Below, piece by piece: positions 1 through 9,311 of a stretch of 59,820 nt of DNA (the first letter of the stretch is position 1; the number at the start of each line of letters is the position of its first letter). The stretch lies in assembly GCA_041744795.1 (NCBI GenBank), contig JBGTKD010000044.1, forward strand, positions 1 to 59,820, given 5' to 3'. The notes below the pieces were generated by a model. That model ran no database searches, was not told the origin of the DNA, and saw only the letters and a list, made by a program, of their open reading frames with translations. The translations under genes and the position numbers were made by a program. This DNA is from Acidimicrobiia bacterium. GTDB lineage: Bacteria > Actinomycetota > Acidimicrobiia > Spongiisociales > ZC4RG35.

Positions 1-1358
<1,358 letters not shown>

Positions 1359-1378
1359 CGTGCGAGGGTAGTTGTGAC

Positions 1379-2146
1379 CTAACCCGCCATAGTCAGGCCA
1401 CCGGACACACTCAGCGTCTGGCCGGTGACGAATGCCGCGTCGTCACTCGCAAAGAAACAGATTGCTCCTGGGAGGTCCTCGGGAGTGGCGATTCTGCCCA
1501 AAGGAATTGCTCTCCGGAATGCCTCCCGCAACTTTTCGGGGTTGGCTGCGCCCTCGGTCACGCCATCCAGAAGGGCGGTGTCTGTCGGTCCGGGGCAGAT
1601 CACATTGAACGTGACTCCGTGACGGGCGTGTTCTCGGGCGAGAGTCTTACTGAGTCCGAGCATGGCCGCCTTGCACGCGGCGTAGACCGCTTCGCCGGAC
1701 GAGCCCACTCTGGCGGCATCAGATGCGATCGTTACGACCCTGCCGAAGGACCGCTCGACCATCCCAGGAAGGATGGCGTGATGCATGTTCAACGGACCGA
1801 CAAGATTCACGTCGATCAGCCGCTGCCACTCATCCGCCGTGGTCTGGAGGAACGGCTTGAAGATGTCCCAACCGGCGTTGTTCACGAGCACATCGATCGG
1901 TCCGAGATCTGTTTCGACTTCTGCGACGACACGATCTACTGCCGCACGGTCAGTTATGTCGCATTGGTATGCGCGACTGGTATGGCCCGCTGCCGCGATT
2001 GAGTCGGCCACGACCCTCGCTGATTCGTTGTCGAGATCGAGGACCGCCACCTTCGATCCTTCTTCAGCGAAACGACGGCAAGCGGCCGCTCCGATACCGC
2101 CGCCGCCGCCGGTGACTACGACCACACGCCCCTGTAAACCTCTGAC
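1379..2146 (-). CDS. SDR oxidoreductase, BadH-like (2-hydroxycyclohexanecarboxyl-CoA dehydrogenase family)
   Basis: TGGGGGIG, NNAG, YAACK motifs; SDAARVGSSGEAVY and SVSGGLTM are typical of BadH-like SDRs. First canonical start is GTG 2125, but SD GAGGAGG points to GTC at 2146 (see findings). Confidence 0.85.
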   Translation of the reverse strand, partial: VRGLQGRVVVVTGGGGGIGAAACRRFAEEGSKVAVLDLDNESARVVADSIAAAGHTSRAYQCDITDRAAVDRVVAEVETDLGPIDVLVNNAGWDIFKPFLQTTADEWQRLIDVNLVGPLNMHHAILPGMVERSFGRVVTIASDAARVGSSGEAVYAACKAAMLGLSKTLAREHARHGVTFNVICPGPTDTALLDGVTEGAANPEKLREAFRRAIPLGRIATPEDLPGAICFFASDDAAFVTGQTLSVSGGLTMAG

Positions 2147-2206
2147 CGGTGTCCTCCTCGTCGCCAGTTGAGGCTACATCTCGGCCGGACCATCGGGCGA
2201 TCGATG

Positions 2207-3223
2207 TCAGGAGGGAAGTTCGGTTGGGTCGATGATCCAGACGTTCTCCTCACCCAATTCGTCGCTCAGGGATCGCACCTGTTTGCCGATCATGGCGTCG
2301 ACCCGATTCCAGACAGCCACTGCCTCATTGGCGTGGGCGCGTAGCCAGGCGTCGCGCCTGGCAGCCGCCGCCCCCGCCTGTTGTCGATTGTCCGGAACCT
2401 TCTTCTGCAGAGTGATCACCCGTTCTCCTGCGCTGGACAACCTCCGAAACGTCTCCTGGGAGTCCGGAGTCCAGACCCCCTCGAAGTTTGGGTATGCGAG
2501 CACCGGAATGAATGGGACAGCGACTTCGTCGGCTGCTTCGGCGGCGAGTGTCTCGCTGCCGAGGTTCATCGCGGTGAGGACATGCAGGTCGGGGTGGAGG
2601 GATCGTTTGGCGGCGAAGACGTCCACGAGGCGCTGGCGGATTGCCCGGCTTGCAACGGTGTCGCCGTAGCCGCCGATATCGGGTGGTCGGTGACCTATTG
2701 CGACGATGAATCGGCCCTCTGGTAAGTCCTCGGACGCGGCGCGGCGGATCTTGGGTTCGTCCGCCGGGCCGACCTCGTGTGGCGTCTTTGTGCCCTGACG
2801 TGACTCCTGGGTGGCGGCGGCCTCGACCGCCAGTCGGTCTGCCAGGTCGTTCCACCGGTCTCCCGAGTGACCCTTCACCCACCGGAACGTCAGGTCACGC
2901 TTCTGGTAGCGCTCGACGAGAGGTTCCCAGAGGTCCCGATTGGCCACCGGCTTACGCTGGCTGTTGAGCCAGCCCCGGGCGATCCAGCCTTCCCACCAGC
3001 GATCCCGAAAACAGTTCACGACATAGGTCGAATCGCTGATGATCTCCAGCGGTCCATCGAGCGACCCGACAGCCTCCAAAGTGGCGGTCAGCTCCATCCG
3101 TTGGTTGGTTGTCGGGTTGTCCGCTCCTGCTCCGAACGGTCCGTTAGGCACTATCCAGGCCCAACCGCCTGGCCCTGGGTTCCCCGAGCAAGCCCCGTCG
3201 GTGTAAACGCGTGTTCTGTCCAC
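2207..3223 (-). CDS. rnhA: Ribonuclease HI fused to C-terminal SLOG (YspA/DUF1273-like) domain
   Basis: YTDGACSGNPGPGGW, TNQRMEL, ISDS, NRDLW, WVKGHSG..N..AD give a complete RNase HI active site. C-terminal IGHRP...LGSETLAAEAA...P motif is SLOG-like. Start GTG 3223 preferred over the 3427 ORF start. Confidence 0.85.
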   Translation of the reverse strand: MDRTRVYTDGACSGNPGPGGWAWIVPNGPFGAGADNPTTNQRMELTATLEAVGSLDGPLEIISDSTYVVNCFRDRWWEGWIARGWLNSQRKPVANRDLWEPLVERYQKRDLTFRWVKGHSGDRWNDLADRLAVEAAATQESRQGTKTPHEVGPADEPKIRRAASEDLPEGRFIVAIGHRPPDIGGYGDTVASRAIRQRLVDVFAAKRSLHPDLHVLTAMNLGSETLAAEAADEVAVPFIPVLAYPNFEGVWTPDSQETFRRLSSAGERVITLQKKVPDNRQQAGAAAARRDAWLRAHANEAVAVWNRVDAMIGKQVRSLSDELGEENVWIIDPTELPS

Positions 3224-3253
3224 AGTCCGATCTTGGCATGCGAACATGCTGCG

Positions 3254-4381
3254 GTGTTCGCTCCGATCCGATCTCTCACTGCAGTCGGCCGGGGTGCGCC
3301 GCTGGCCTTGATGTCTTCGGCGGCGATCGTGACGTTCATGTTCTCGGCCACGCCCTTCTTGATCGCCGAGGTTGCCGATCGGTTCGAAATCGGACCAGGA
3401 CAGGCGGGATTGCTTTCTGTTGTCCAAGTGGGTGCGTTCGCAATCGCCAACGTCGTGCTTCCCCGGGTGTTGCAGCCTTCGGCGAGGGTCTTCAGGGTGG
3501 CGGCGATGGTCCTGATGCTGGCTGATGTTGCGAGCATCGTGACGCCCAGTTTCTCGTGGCTATTGGCGTCGAGGGTCTTCAGTGGCGCGGCGGCAGGTGC
3601 GCTTACGTGGTTGGCCTGGTCAGCAGCGATGCGCACAACTGCGGCGTTGTCGTCGATATCGGCTATCGGTCCCGTTGCAGCTCTCGTGTCCGCTCCCATC
3701 CTCGGTGCGTTGATGGTGTTCGGAGACAGAGTGATATTCGGCGTCCTGGCGTTGTCGGTATTGCCGTTGATTTTTGTGAGCCTCCCGAGCTTCGAACGTC
3801 GCCCAAACCTGGGAGAACGGAGCCGGTCGAGGTCGAATCGTGTTTTGTTGGGCGCACTGTTTCTCCTCACAGCAGCGGGAGCCGGCCTCTTCGTGTTCGA
3901 AGCGGTCGTGGCCGTTGAGCGGCTGGGCATGAGCCCTTTCGCCGCGTCGCTGGCGTTCAGCCTCAATGCAGGCGCAGGGTTTCTGGGAGCAAAGCTTGCT
4001 CCGAGGCATCGCCGGCCCGGTATCTGGTTGGCGACATCCGGTCCGGCGGCCGTGCTGACTGTCATCGGCGGAACGCCTCTCTGGTTCTACGTCGGCATGG
4101 CTTGGTGGGGCTTCGCTTTCTGGATGGGCCTGCCCGGCGTCCTGCAAATGCTCGCTGCGCGTTCGTTGCGACCCGATGAACGAGCCGGCGATGCGCAGGG
4201 TCTCATGGCGTTCGGCAGGAGTATCGGACCCGGGGTGGGAGGGGTGATGGTGGATGCAGGAAGCATTGTGACCTTGGCGGTTGTGGCGGGTGTTGGCCTC
4301 ACACTCTCGGGAGTCATCGTCGTCGGTGTTCAGGAAGGCAGGGAGGCATTGCCTCCGACCGACCTCCGTACGCTCACCTAA
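3254..4381 (+). CDS. MFS-type transporter
   Basis: About 12 hydrophobic segments in two halves, with ERAGDAQG loop; likely start GTG 3254, divergent from rnhA across 30 bp. Confidence 0.75.
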   Translation: MFAPIRSLTAVGRGAPLALMSSAAIVTFMFSATPFLIAEVADRFEIGPGQAGLLSVVQVGAFAIANVVLPRVLQPSARVFRVAAMVLMLADVASIVTPSFSWLLASRVFSGAAAGALTWLAWSAAMRTTAALSSISAIGPVAALVSAPILGALMVFGDRVIFGVLALSVLPLIFVSLPSFERRPNLGERSRSRSNRVLLGALFLLTAAGAGLFVFEAVVAVERLGMSPFAASLAFSLNAGAGFLGAKLAPRHRRPGIWLATSGPAAVLTVIGGTPLWFYVGMAWWGFAFWMGLPGVLQMLAARSLRPDERAGDAQGLMAFGRSIGPGVGGVMVDAGSIVTLAVVAGVGLTLSGVIVVGVQEGREALPPTDLRTLT

Positions 4382-4402
4382 ATACACCGGTACCGTTCTG
4401 AC

Positions 4403-5296
4403 ATGCCCGAACTGCCCGACATTGTCGTGTATCTCGAAGCGCTCGGGCGCCGGATCGTTGGCAGGGAGGTGCGGGGATTTCGGGTGGCGTCACCGTCGGT
4501 TTTACGGACCTACGACCCGCCGTACGACGCCGTGGTCGGCCGGACGGTGATCGCACTAGACCGCATCGGCAAGCGGCTGGTCTGGGAGATGACAGGGGGG
4601 CTGCATCTCGTAATCCATCTGATGGTCGCTGGCCGGCTCCGATGGTCCGAGAAGCCTTTGACCCAAGTGCCGAAGAAGGTAGGACTATGCGTCTGGGACT
4701 TCGAGGGGGGCTCGCTCCTTCTCACCGAACAAGGGACGCACAAGCGGGCCGGGGTATGGATCTTTGCCGATCGAGAGTCGGCTTTCGCAGAGGACAGGGG
4801 AGGGGTGGAGCCCTTGGAAGTTTCGCGAGACGCCTTTGCTGCTGCCCTGACCAGGGAGAATCGAACCTTGAAAAGGGCTCTCACCGATCCTCGGATCTTC
4901 TCGGGCATTGGTAACGCGTTTTCCGACGAGATCCTGTGGGAAGCCGGGCTCTCACCGGTCAAGCGAACCAGTCAACTCTCGCATGGTGAAGTCGACCAGC
5001 TCTACAAAGCCACTAGAGACTCGCTGATACGGTGGACAGAGATGCTGAGGGAGTCAGTCGGCGAAGGCTGGCCGGACCGGGTCACAGCCTTCCGGCCCGA
5101 GATGGCGGTCCACGGTAAGTTCGGCGAACCATGCCCACGCTGTGGAGCGAAGGTCCAGCGCATCGTTTACGCATCCAACGAGACCAACTATTGCGCTGTG
5201 TGCCAGACCGGTGGCAGGCTTCTGGCGGACCGCTCGCTCAGCCGCCTCCTCAAAGACGACTGGCCGGCGACCATCGAAGATCTGGAAGACAGGTGA
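4403..5296 (+). CDS. Fpg/Nei family DNA glycosylase/AP lyase
   Basis: N-terminal MPELP, RIGKRL, HLMVAG, H2TH GIGNAFSDEIL, zinc finger CPRC...CAVC; leaderless TACCGT-N6-ATG. Confidence 0.92.
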   Translation: MPELPDIVVYLEALGRRIVGREVRGFRVASPSVLRTYDPPYDAVVGRTVIALDRIGKRLVWEMTGGLHLVIHLMVAGRLRWSEKPLTQVPKKVGLCVWDFEGGSLLLTEQGTHKRAGVWIFADRESAFAEDRGGVEPLEVSRDAFAAALTRENRTLKRALTDPRIFSGIGNAFSDEILWEAGLSPVKRTSQLSHGEVDQLYKATRDSLIRWTEMLRESVGEGWPDRVTAFRPEMAVHGKFGEPCPRCGAKVQRIVYASNETNYCAVCQTGGRLLADRSLSRLLKDDWPATIEDLEDR

Positions 5297-5347
5297 GGGC
5301 TCCATCGACCACGATGGAGCCCTCATCGTGTTCACTACGTCACAGGA

Positions 5348-5650
5348 TCAGTTGTTGACGTAACCGCTGCAGTTGTCGAGGTCGCCAGGTGACCCCTGCA
5401 CCCACATCACCGCTTCTCCACCACGCCAGCCTGGCTGGCCGAGGTGGACGTTGACGTGCAACGGGTGTCTGCGCCCCTCGGCGTACGAGCCGGCGTGGGG
5501 GAGCTCGACCTTGGCTTCGTGGCCTTGGCCTCCCAGGATCACGCATGCTCCGTTGCCGGTGGCCCGCACGTGGGTGTGGGTCGCCCAGGCGGGCGCCGCC
5601 GCCATAAGCACCAGGAGCGCTGCGAGGATCGTCGTTGTCAGTGCCCTCAT
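5348..5650 (-). CDS. Small secreted His-rich protein (100 aa)
   Basis: SD GAAAGGA before ATG 5650; Sec signal MRALTTTILAALLVLMAAAPAWA; mature part has 7 His and 2 Cys; ECF-type promoter upstream. Confidence 0.7.
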   Translation of the reverse strand: MRALTTTILAALLVLMAAAPAWATHTHVRATGNGACVILGGQGHEAKVELPHAGSYAEGRRHPLHVNVHLGQPGWRGGEAVMWVQGSPGDLDNCSGYVNN

Positions 5651-5681
5651 CTCTGTCCTTTCTCGAGGGGTCACTCATACG

Positions 5682-5708
5682 GACGAACACCGACGCCGGA
5701 TGGGTGAC
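5682..5708 (-). promoter_or_regulatory. ECF promoter motif A (GTCACCC-N16-CGTC), copy 1
   Basis: Minus strand GTCACCC ATCCGGCGTCGGTGTT CGTC CGTA; the same motif and spacing occur at 8023-8049 and 12112-12138. Confidence 0.7.
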
Positions 5709-5709
5709 G

Positions 5710-6441
5710 TCAGGAGTCGGAAAGGCCGAGGCCGGCAAGCAGGCCGAGACCGACCAGGGCCTGAACGGCGAGGATGCCGCCGATGATCCAGACGATCATT
5801 CGACCTATACGGGCCGCTCGCACGGCCTGGGGGTCGGGCGGAGATGCAGCCTCTCCGGCCACCGCCCGCGCGTGATCCCGCACGATCGTCCCGTGGACGA
5901 GACCGATGACCGGCAAGACCATGAGGGTGGCGGCATGCAACAAGCCCATAAGCAGGAAGAGCCCTGCAATGCGGTCAAGTAGGAACCGGATCGCTTCACC
6001 GACGTCGGCGGACCCCGACATCTGCCGGTGCCATGAAAGGATGATCACGTAGCCGCCGAAGACCAGGTGGAACGCCACGTCTTGCAGGCGGAGGAAACTC
6101 CTTGCCGTCCTGGGGTCCAGGCGAAACACGTCCGACAGGTAGGCCTGTCCGAAGCGCGGGATGATCCGGTCGAGCACGATGACGGCGGTGGTGAGGATCG
6201 CGAGCTGAGCGACAAACACCGCCCATCCCGAGATCGTGGCTTCTGCCCGATCCGTCGAGGTCCATAGAAAGGCGGCCACGGCCGTCGTTGCGGCGAGGCC
6301 CGCAGCAGTGAAGCGCCTGACACGGCGTCTATGTAGGCGGTCTTGCTGGACGCTTGCCTCGACGCGGGCGAACAGATCCGGCGCGGGCTCGACCCGGTCG
6401 AACTCGGACAGGGCGTCGACGAGACGGTCTTCTACGCTCAT
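5710..6441 (-). CDS. Putative membrane anti-sigma factor (N-terminal cytoplasmic helix plus multi-TM domain)
   Basis: ATGA overlap with the ECF sigma stop; MSVEDRLVDAL...PAPDLFARV...RRRVRR-TM is the typical actinobacterial anti-sigma layout; C-terminal domain is paralogous to 6989-7378. Confidence 0.7.
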   Translation of the reverse strand: MSVEDRLVDALSEFDRVEPAPDLFARVEASVQQDRLHRRRVRRFTAAGLAATTAVAAFLWTSTDRAEATISGWAVFVAQLAILTTAVIVLDRIIPRFGQAYLSDVFRLDPRTARSFLRLQDVAFHLVFGGYVIILSWHRQMSGSADVGEAIRFLLDRIAGLFLLMGLLHAATLMVLPVIGLVHGTIVRDHARAVAGEAASPPDPQAVRAARIGRMIVWIIGGILAVQALVGLGLLAGLGLSDS

Positions 6442-6989
6442 GCTGGCTCAAGCAGTTCCCGCATCGACGCCATGCCTCGCTGGCAATGGGTCTTCACCGA
6501 GTTCGACGAGATGCCGAGGGTCGATCCGATCTCACGCTCGCTCAGGTCGAAGTAGAAGCGGAGGACCAGGCACTCCCGCTGGCGCAGTGACAGGGAGAGC
6601 AGGGCGTCGATCACCTCTGCCTGGCTCTCGGTTCGGACCACCGTGTCGTCGGGGCGGTCGGGGTGACCTGGTAGCTCTGCGGATTGGAGGTGTCTGAGTG
6701 AGAGCAGCCCGCGACGATTGTGATCCCTCGCGAGGTTGAGGACAATCGAACGCAGATACGCCGCCGATTTGGCGCGGTCCTCGATTCGGTGGGCCGATCG
6801 ATACAGCCGGATGAATGCCTCCTGCACCAGGTCTTCGGCAGCGTTCTTATCGTCGGTAAAGATCCGTGCCAATCTGACGAGTGAGGTCGCCTCCCTCTCG
6901 AAGAGTTCGACAACGAACTGACGGCGCCCGGGATCGCCAGTAACACCTTCAGCGATATCAAGAGCTGTGAGCAGCTCGATGCTCAGCAT
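6438..6989 (-). CDS. ECF RNA polymerase sigma factor (actinobacterial SigE-like)
   Basis: Region 2 AAEDLVQEAFIRLY...AYLRSIVLNLARD; region 4 LSLRQRECLVLRFYFDLSEREIGSTLGISSNSVKTHCQRG; ATG 6989 overlaps the upstream TGA. Confidence 0.92.
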   Translation of the reverse strand: MLSIELLTALDIAEGVTGDPGRRQFVVELFEREATSLVRLARIFTDDKNAAEDLVQEAFIRLYRSAHRIEDRAKSAAYLRSIVLNLARDHNRRGLLSLRHLQSAELPGHPDRPDDTVVRTESQAEVIDALLSLSLRQRECLVLRFYFDLSEREIGSTLGISSNSVKTHCQRGMASMRELLEPA

Positions 6990-7378
6990 CAGGTCGCTGG
7001 CGTGTCGGTCTCGAGTTGGCGCGTCAATCCGAGCAGGCGGCCGACGAGCGGAAGGCTTAGGACGTTGAAACCGTGGAGGATGCCCATCAACAGCAGCATC
7101 CCCCCGATCCGGATCAGCTCGGCCTCCACCTGGGTGCCGATGGATGCACTTCGCCATTCGCGCCGTTGTTCGATTGCCACGGTGAAGAGGATGTAGGCGG
7201 TGAAGATCAGGTAGTAGGCGACGTCCATCAGCACCAGGTAGCTCTTGCCGGTCCTCGGGTTGGCGCGAAAGATGTCTCCGGCGTACGCACGGCCAAAGCG
7301 CTTGATCAGAGGCCCGAGCCCGAAAACGATCGACAAGAGGACGACGTTGGTGACGATCTCGACCGCCCACCAACTCAC
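6989..7378 (-). CDS. Small 3-TM membrane protein, paralogue of the anti-sigma membrane domain
   Basis: SD GAGGTGA; three hydrophobic helices; shares RFG.AY..D.FR..PRT..S.L.L.DVA and RI.G..LLMG.LH with 5710-6441. Confidence 0.75.
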   Translation of the reverse strand: MSWWAVEIVTNVVLLSIVFGLGPLIKRFGRAYAGDIFRANPRTGKSYLVLMDVAYYLIFTAYILFTVAIEQRREWRSASIGTQVEAELIRIGGMLLLMGILHGFNVLSLPLVGRLLGLTRQLETDTPAT

Positions 7379-7405
7379 CTTGTCACCTCGACTTTCTCGA
7401 GGGAA

Positions 7406-7993
7406 TCATGGCACCGAGATCAGGTCCGCGTCGACCGGAATAGGTTGCTCCAGCGGGCGCGCCCAGCGATCGGCGAGCCAGGCCCACCCGACCGTCACTC
7501 CGAGGAACATCGGAACGTTCAGGACCGGCCCCGCACCCAGTTCGGTCAGCTCCCGCAAGACCTCGGAGTTGACGAACAGTGGGCCGATCACCACAGCGGT
7601 CAGCCCGGTGACGGCGATCGCCCTTCGGGCCGCGTATGTCCTCGTGATCAGTGTCACCCACGTGGTCGTGATACCGCCGAACATCGCTCCGATCCCCACG
7701 ATGAGAAACATCGTTCCTTCGATCGTGAACTCAGGTGTCCTGGATTCGTCGAGGATTGCCACGATCCTCATCGCCAGCCGGTAACCGGGTCCCAAGACCA
7801 GGACACCGGCCAGCCCGCCTGCGATCGCCGCGCGGAACACGGTGCGCCAGAAGTTCGGAACGTACTTCCATCCGATCGCCACCCCGCCGCCGACGATTAC
7901 CAGCGCCCCGATGGGGCCGAGAAACAGGTCGCCGACGAAGATCGCCGCAGGTCCGGAAGCAGCGGCGAGCAACGCCGCACGTCGGGCAGTCAT
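7406..7993 (-). CDS. Integral membrane protein of unknown function (first gene of the ECF operon)
   Basis: About 6 TM segments; SD GAAAGGA before ATG 7993 (alternative start 8008). Confidence 0.65.
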   Translation of the reverse strand: MTARRAALLAAASGPAAIFVGDLFLGPIGALVIVGGGVAIGWKYVPNFWRTVFRAAIAGGLAGVLVLGPGYRLAMRIVAILDESRTPEFTIEGTMFLIVGIGAMFGGITTTWVTLITRTYAARRAIAVTGLTAVVIGPLFVNSEVLRELTELGAGPVLNVPMFLGVTVGWAWLADRWARPLEQPIPVDADLISVP

Positions 7994-8022
7994 GAGTGTC
8001 CTTTCCATTGCTCACCCCTACC

Positions 8023-8049
8023 GACGAACAAGTGCTCCCATCGGGTGAC
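8023..8049 (-). promoter_or_regulatory. ECF promoter motif A, copy 2 (probable autoregulatory promoter of the sigma operon)
   Basis: Minus strand GTCACCC GATGGGAGCACTTGTT CGTC GGTA. Confidence 0.7.
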
Positions 8050-8063
8050 AAGGGATTTCTGCC

Positions 8064-9173
8064 TTACGCGGAGGCGCCGAGCCGCGTGAACATGAAGGCC
8101 TTGCGGTTTTCTGTCGCGTCGTAGACCTCGACCTCAAATGCGACGTCGAAAGGCGGGTTCTCGAAGTGCAACGTCGCTTCGAATGATCCTGTCTCCGATG
8201 TTGGCACCTTGGTCCAGCCGTAGGCAGAGTTGATCTTGACCCATGAGTTGGGGGCTGCGGTCCCCCAGAAGACGTCGTGTGAGTCATTCGAACTTCCGAA
8301 TTTCTGCTGAACGGCCAGCTCGTAGGACTTCCAGACGAAGTGGTAGGTCTGGTCGAAGCCATGGGAATTTGTGACTCGCACTCCAATAACTGTCCCGGCC
8401 GGGACGTCGAAGTGCACTCGTAGGTACCAGTCGCCTTGTTCGCCGACGATGACCTCAGCGGACCCGTGATCCGAGGTAGCCCTTACGGTTGTGCCCTCCG
8501 GGCCGGTCCCGTAGAACTTCGTCCACGGCTCGGTGTTCTCGGCGTACTTCTGGGCGATAGTCCAGTCGGTCTTCGTTGTCGCCGTGGTCTTTGTGGTGGT
8601 CGTGGTTGCCTTCGCGGCGAGGTGGCTGAAGCTGTAATTGTTGATCCAGCCGGTGGATGTACTCACCGTCACGGCAAACGACGAGCCGGCCGTCGATTTG
8701 AAGGAAATGCCTAGGACCCAGTTCCCCGACTTGTCAATGATGGTCGACGCCGACCCGTGCGGGCTCCTAGCAGTGATCTTCATACCCGGACTTCCGGTTC
8801 CGTAGAACTTTTCGTATGGCGTCTCGCTGGCTGTCACCTTCTGGGTGATCGACCAAACAGGCTGGTCTCCCAACTTTGGGACCTCGACCGTCTCGGACTT
8901 ATCGGCATCCTCGGTTTCGTTCGCAATCTTCGTCGCAATCTTCGTCTCGGTTTTCGTCTCGGACTTTCCGGTTGCCCGGGTTTTCGTCAACGAATCTGAC
9001 TGCGATGTCGTGACGATCCTGTCCGCGGCTGGAAGGTCGACGGTTTGTGTGGCATACGCTGGCCACTCGTCAGGTTCGGTTGATTCCCCGGCCAGAAGAC
9101 CGGTCTGGGCCATCGCCACCCCCGTCAGGGCGACTACCGCGAATCCGGCCACGAACATCAAGACGTGTCTCAT
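8064..9173 (-). CDS. Secreted protein with three ~80-aa beta-rich (Ig-like) repeats
   Basis: Signal peptide ending VAMA; repeats QK...F[YW]GT...S.[HY]G.....G.[WF]...F; Thr/Lys-rich linkers; SD GGAG. Confidence 0.75.
   Translation of the reverse strand: MRHVLMFVAGFAVVALTGVAMAQTGLLAGESTEPDEWPAYATQTVDLPAADRIVTTSQSDSLTKTRATGKSETKTETKIATKIANETEDADKSETVEVPKLGDQPVWSITQKVTASETPYEKFYGTGSPGMKITARSPHGSASTIIDKSGNWVLGISFKSTAGSSFAVTVSTSTGWINNYSFSHLAAKATTTTTKTTATTKTDWTIAQKYAENTEPWTKFYGTGPEGTTVRATSDHGSAEVIVGEQGDWYLRVHFDVPAGTVIGVRVTNSHGFDQTYHFVWKSYELAVQQKFGSSNDSHDVFWGTAAPNSWVKINSAYGWTKVPTSETGSFEATLHFENPPFDVAFEVEVYDATENRKAFMFTRLGASA
8919..8966 (-). repeat. In-frame 12-nt degenerate tandem repeat x4 (KSET-KTET-KIAT-KIAN)
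   Basis: AAGTCCGAGACG AAAACCGAGACG AAGATTGCGACG AAGATTGCGAAC on the minus strand. Confidence 0.6.
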
Positions 9174-9197
9174 TAGTGCTCCGTTCTGTCACGAAGT

Positions 9198-9227
9198 CAC
9201 TCGTCCAAACCCCCGTGCGAGGTTTAC
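9198..9227 (-). promoter_or_regulatory. ECF promoter motif B (GTAAACC-N17-CGAGTG) for the secreted repeat protein
   Basis: Minus strand GTAAACC TCGCACGGGGGTTTGGA CGAGTG ACTTC; mirrors the copy at 9274-9302. Confidence 0.6.
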
Positions 9228-9273
9228 CGCCGTTTCAAGAATGCGATGCCTACGAGAACGGAGAGCCGGTCAA

Positions 9274-9302
9274 GTAAACCTTTCGGGCTGCCGATGCGAG
9301 TA
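9274..9302 (+). promoter_or_regulatory. ECF promoter motif B (GTAAACC-N16-CGAGTA) for the second sigma operon
   Basis: GTAAACC TTTCGGGCTGCCGATG CGAGTA CTTCC, ending 9 nt before ATG 9312. Confidence 0.6.
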
Positions 9303-9311
9303 CTTCCACAG

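Noticed and set aside
2867-3427. Long head-to-head overlap of the RNase H and MFS ORFs
   Set aside because: Artefact of longest-ORF calling; conserved domains start at 3223(-) and about 3254(+).
6990-7373. N-terminal extension on the ECF sigma (311-aa ORF)
   Set aside because: Arg/Pro-rich off-frame translation of the 129-aa membrane gene.
7393-7404. CCCTCGAGAAAG-like sequence shared upstream of 7378 and 5650 (minus strand)
   Set aside because: Short, overlaps SD-type purines, only two copies; insufficient to call an element.
7073-8089. Long antisense ORFs (e.g. 7073-8089, 22321-23250, 37943-39076, 42695-43456)
   Set aside because: Shadow frames of real genes in high-GC DNA, with no recognisable motifs.
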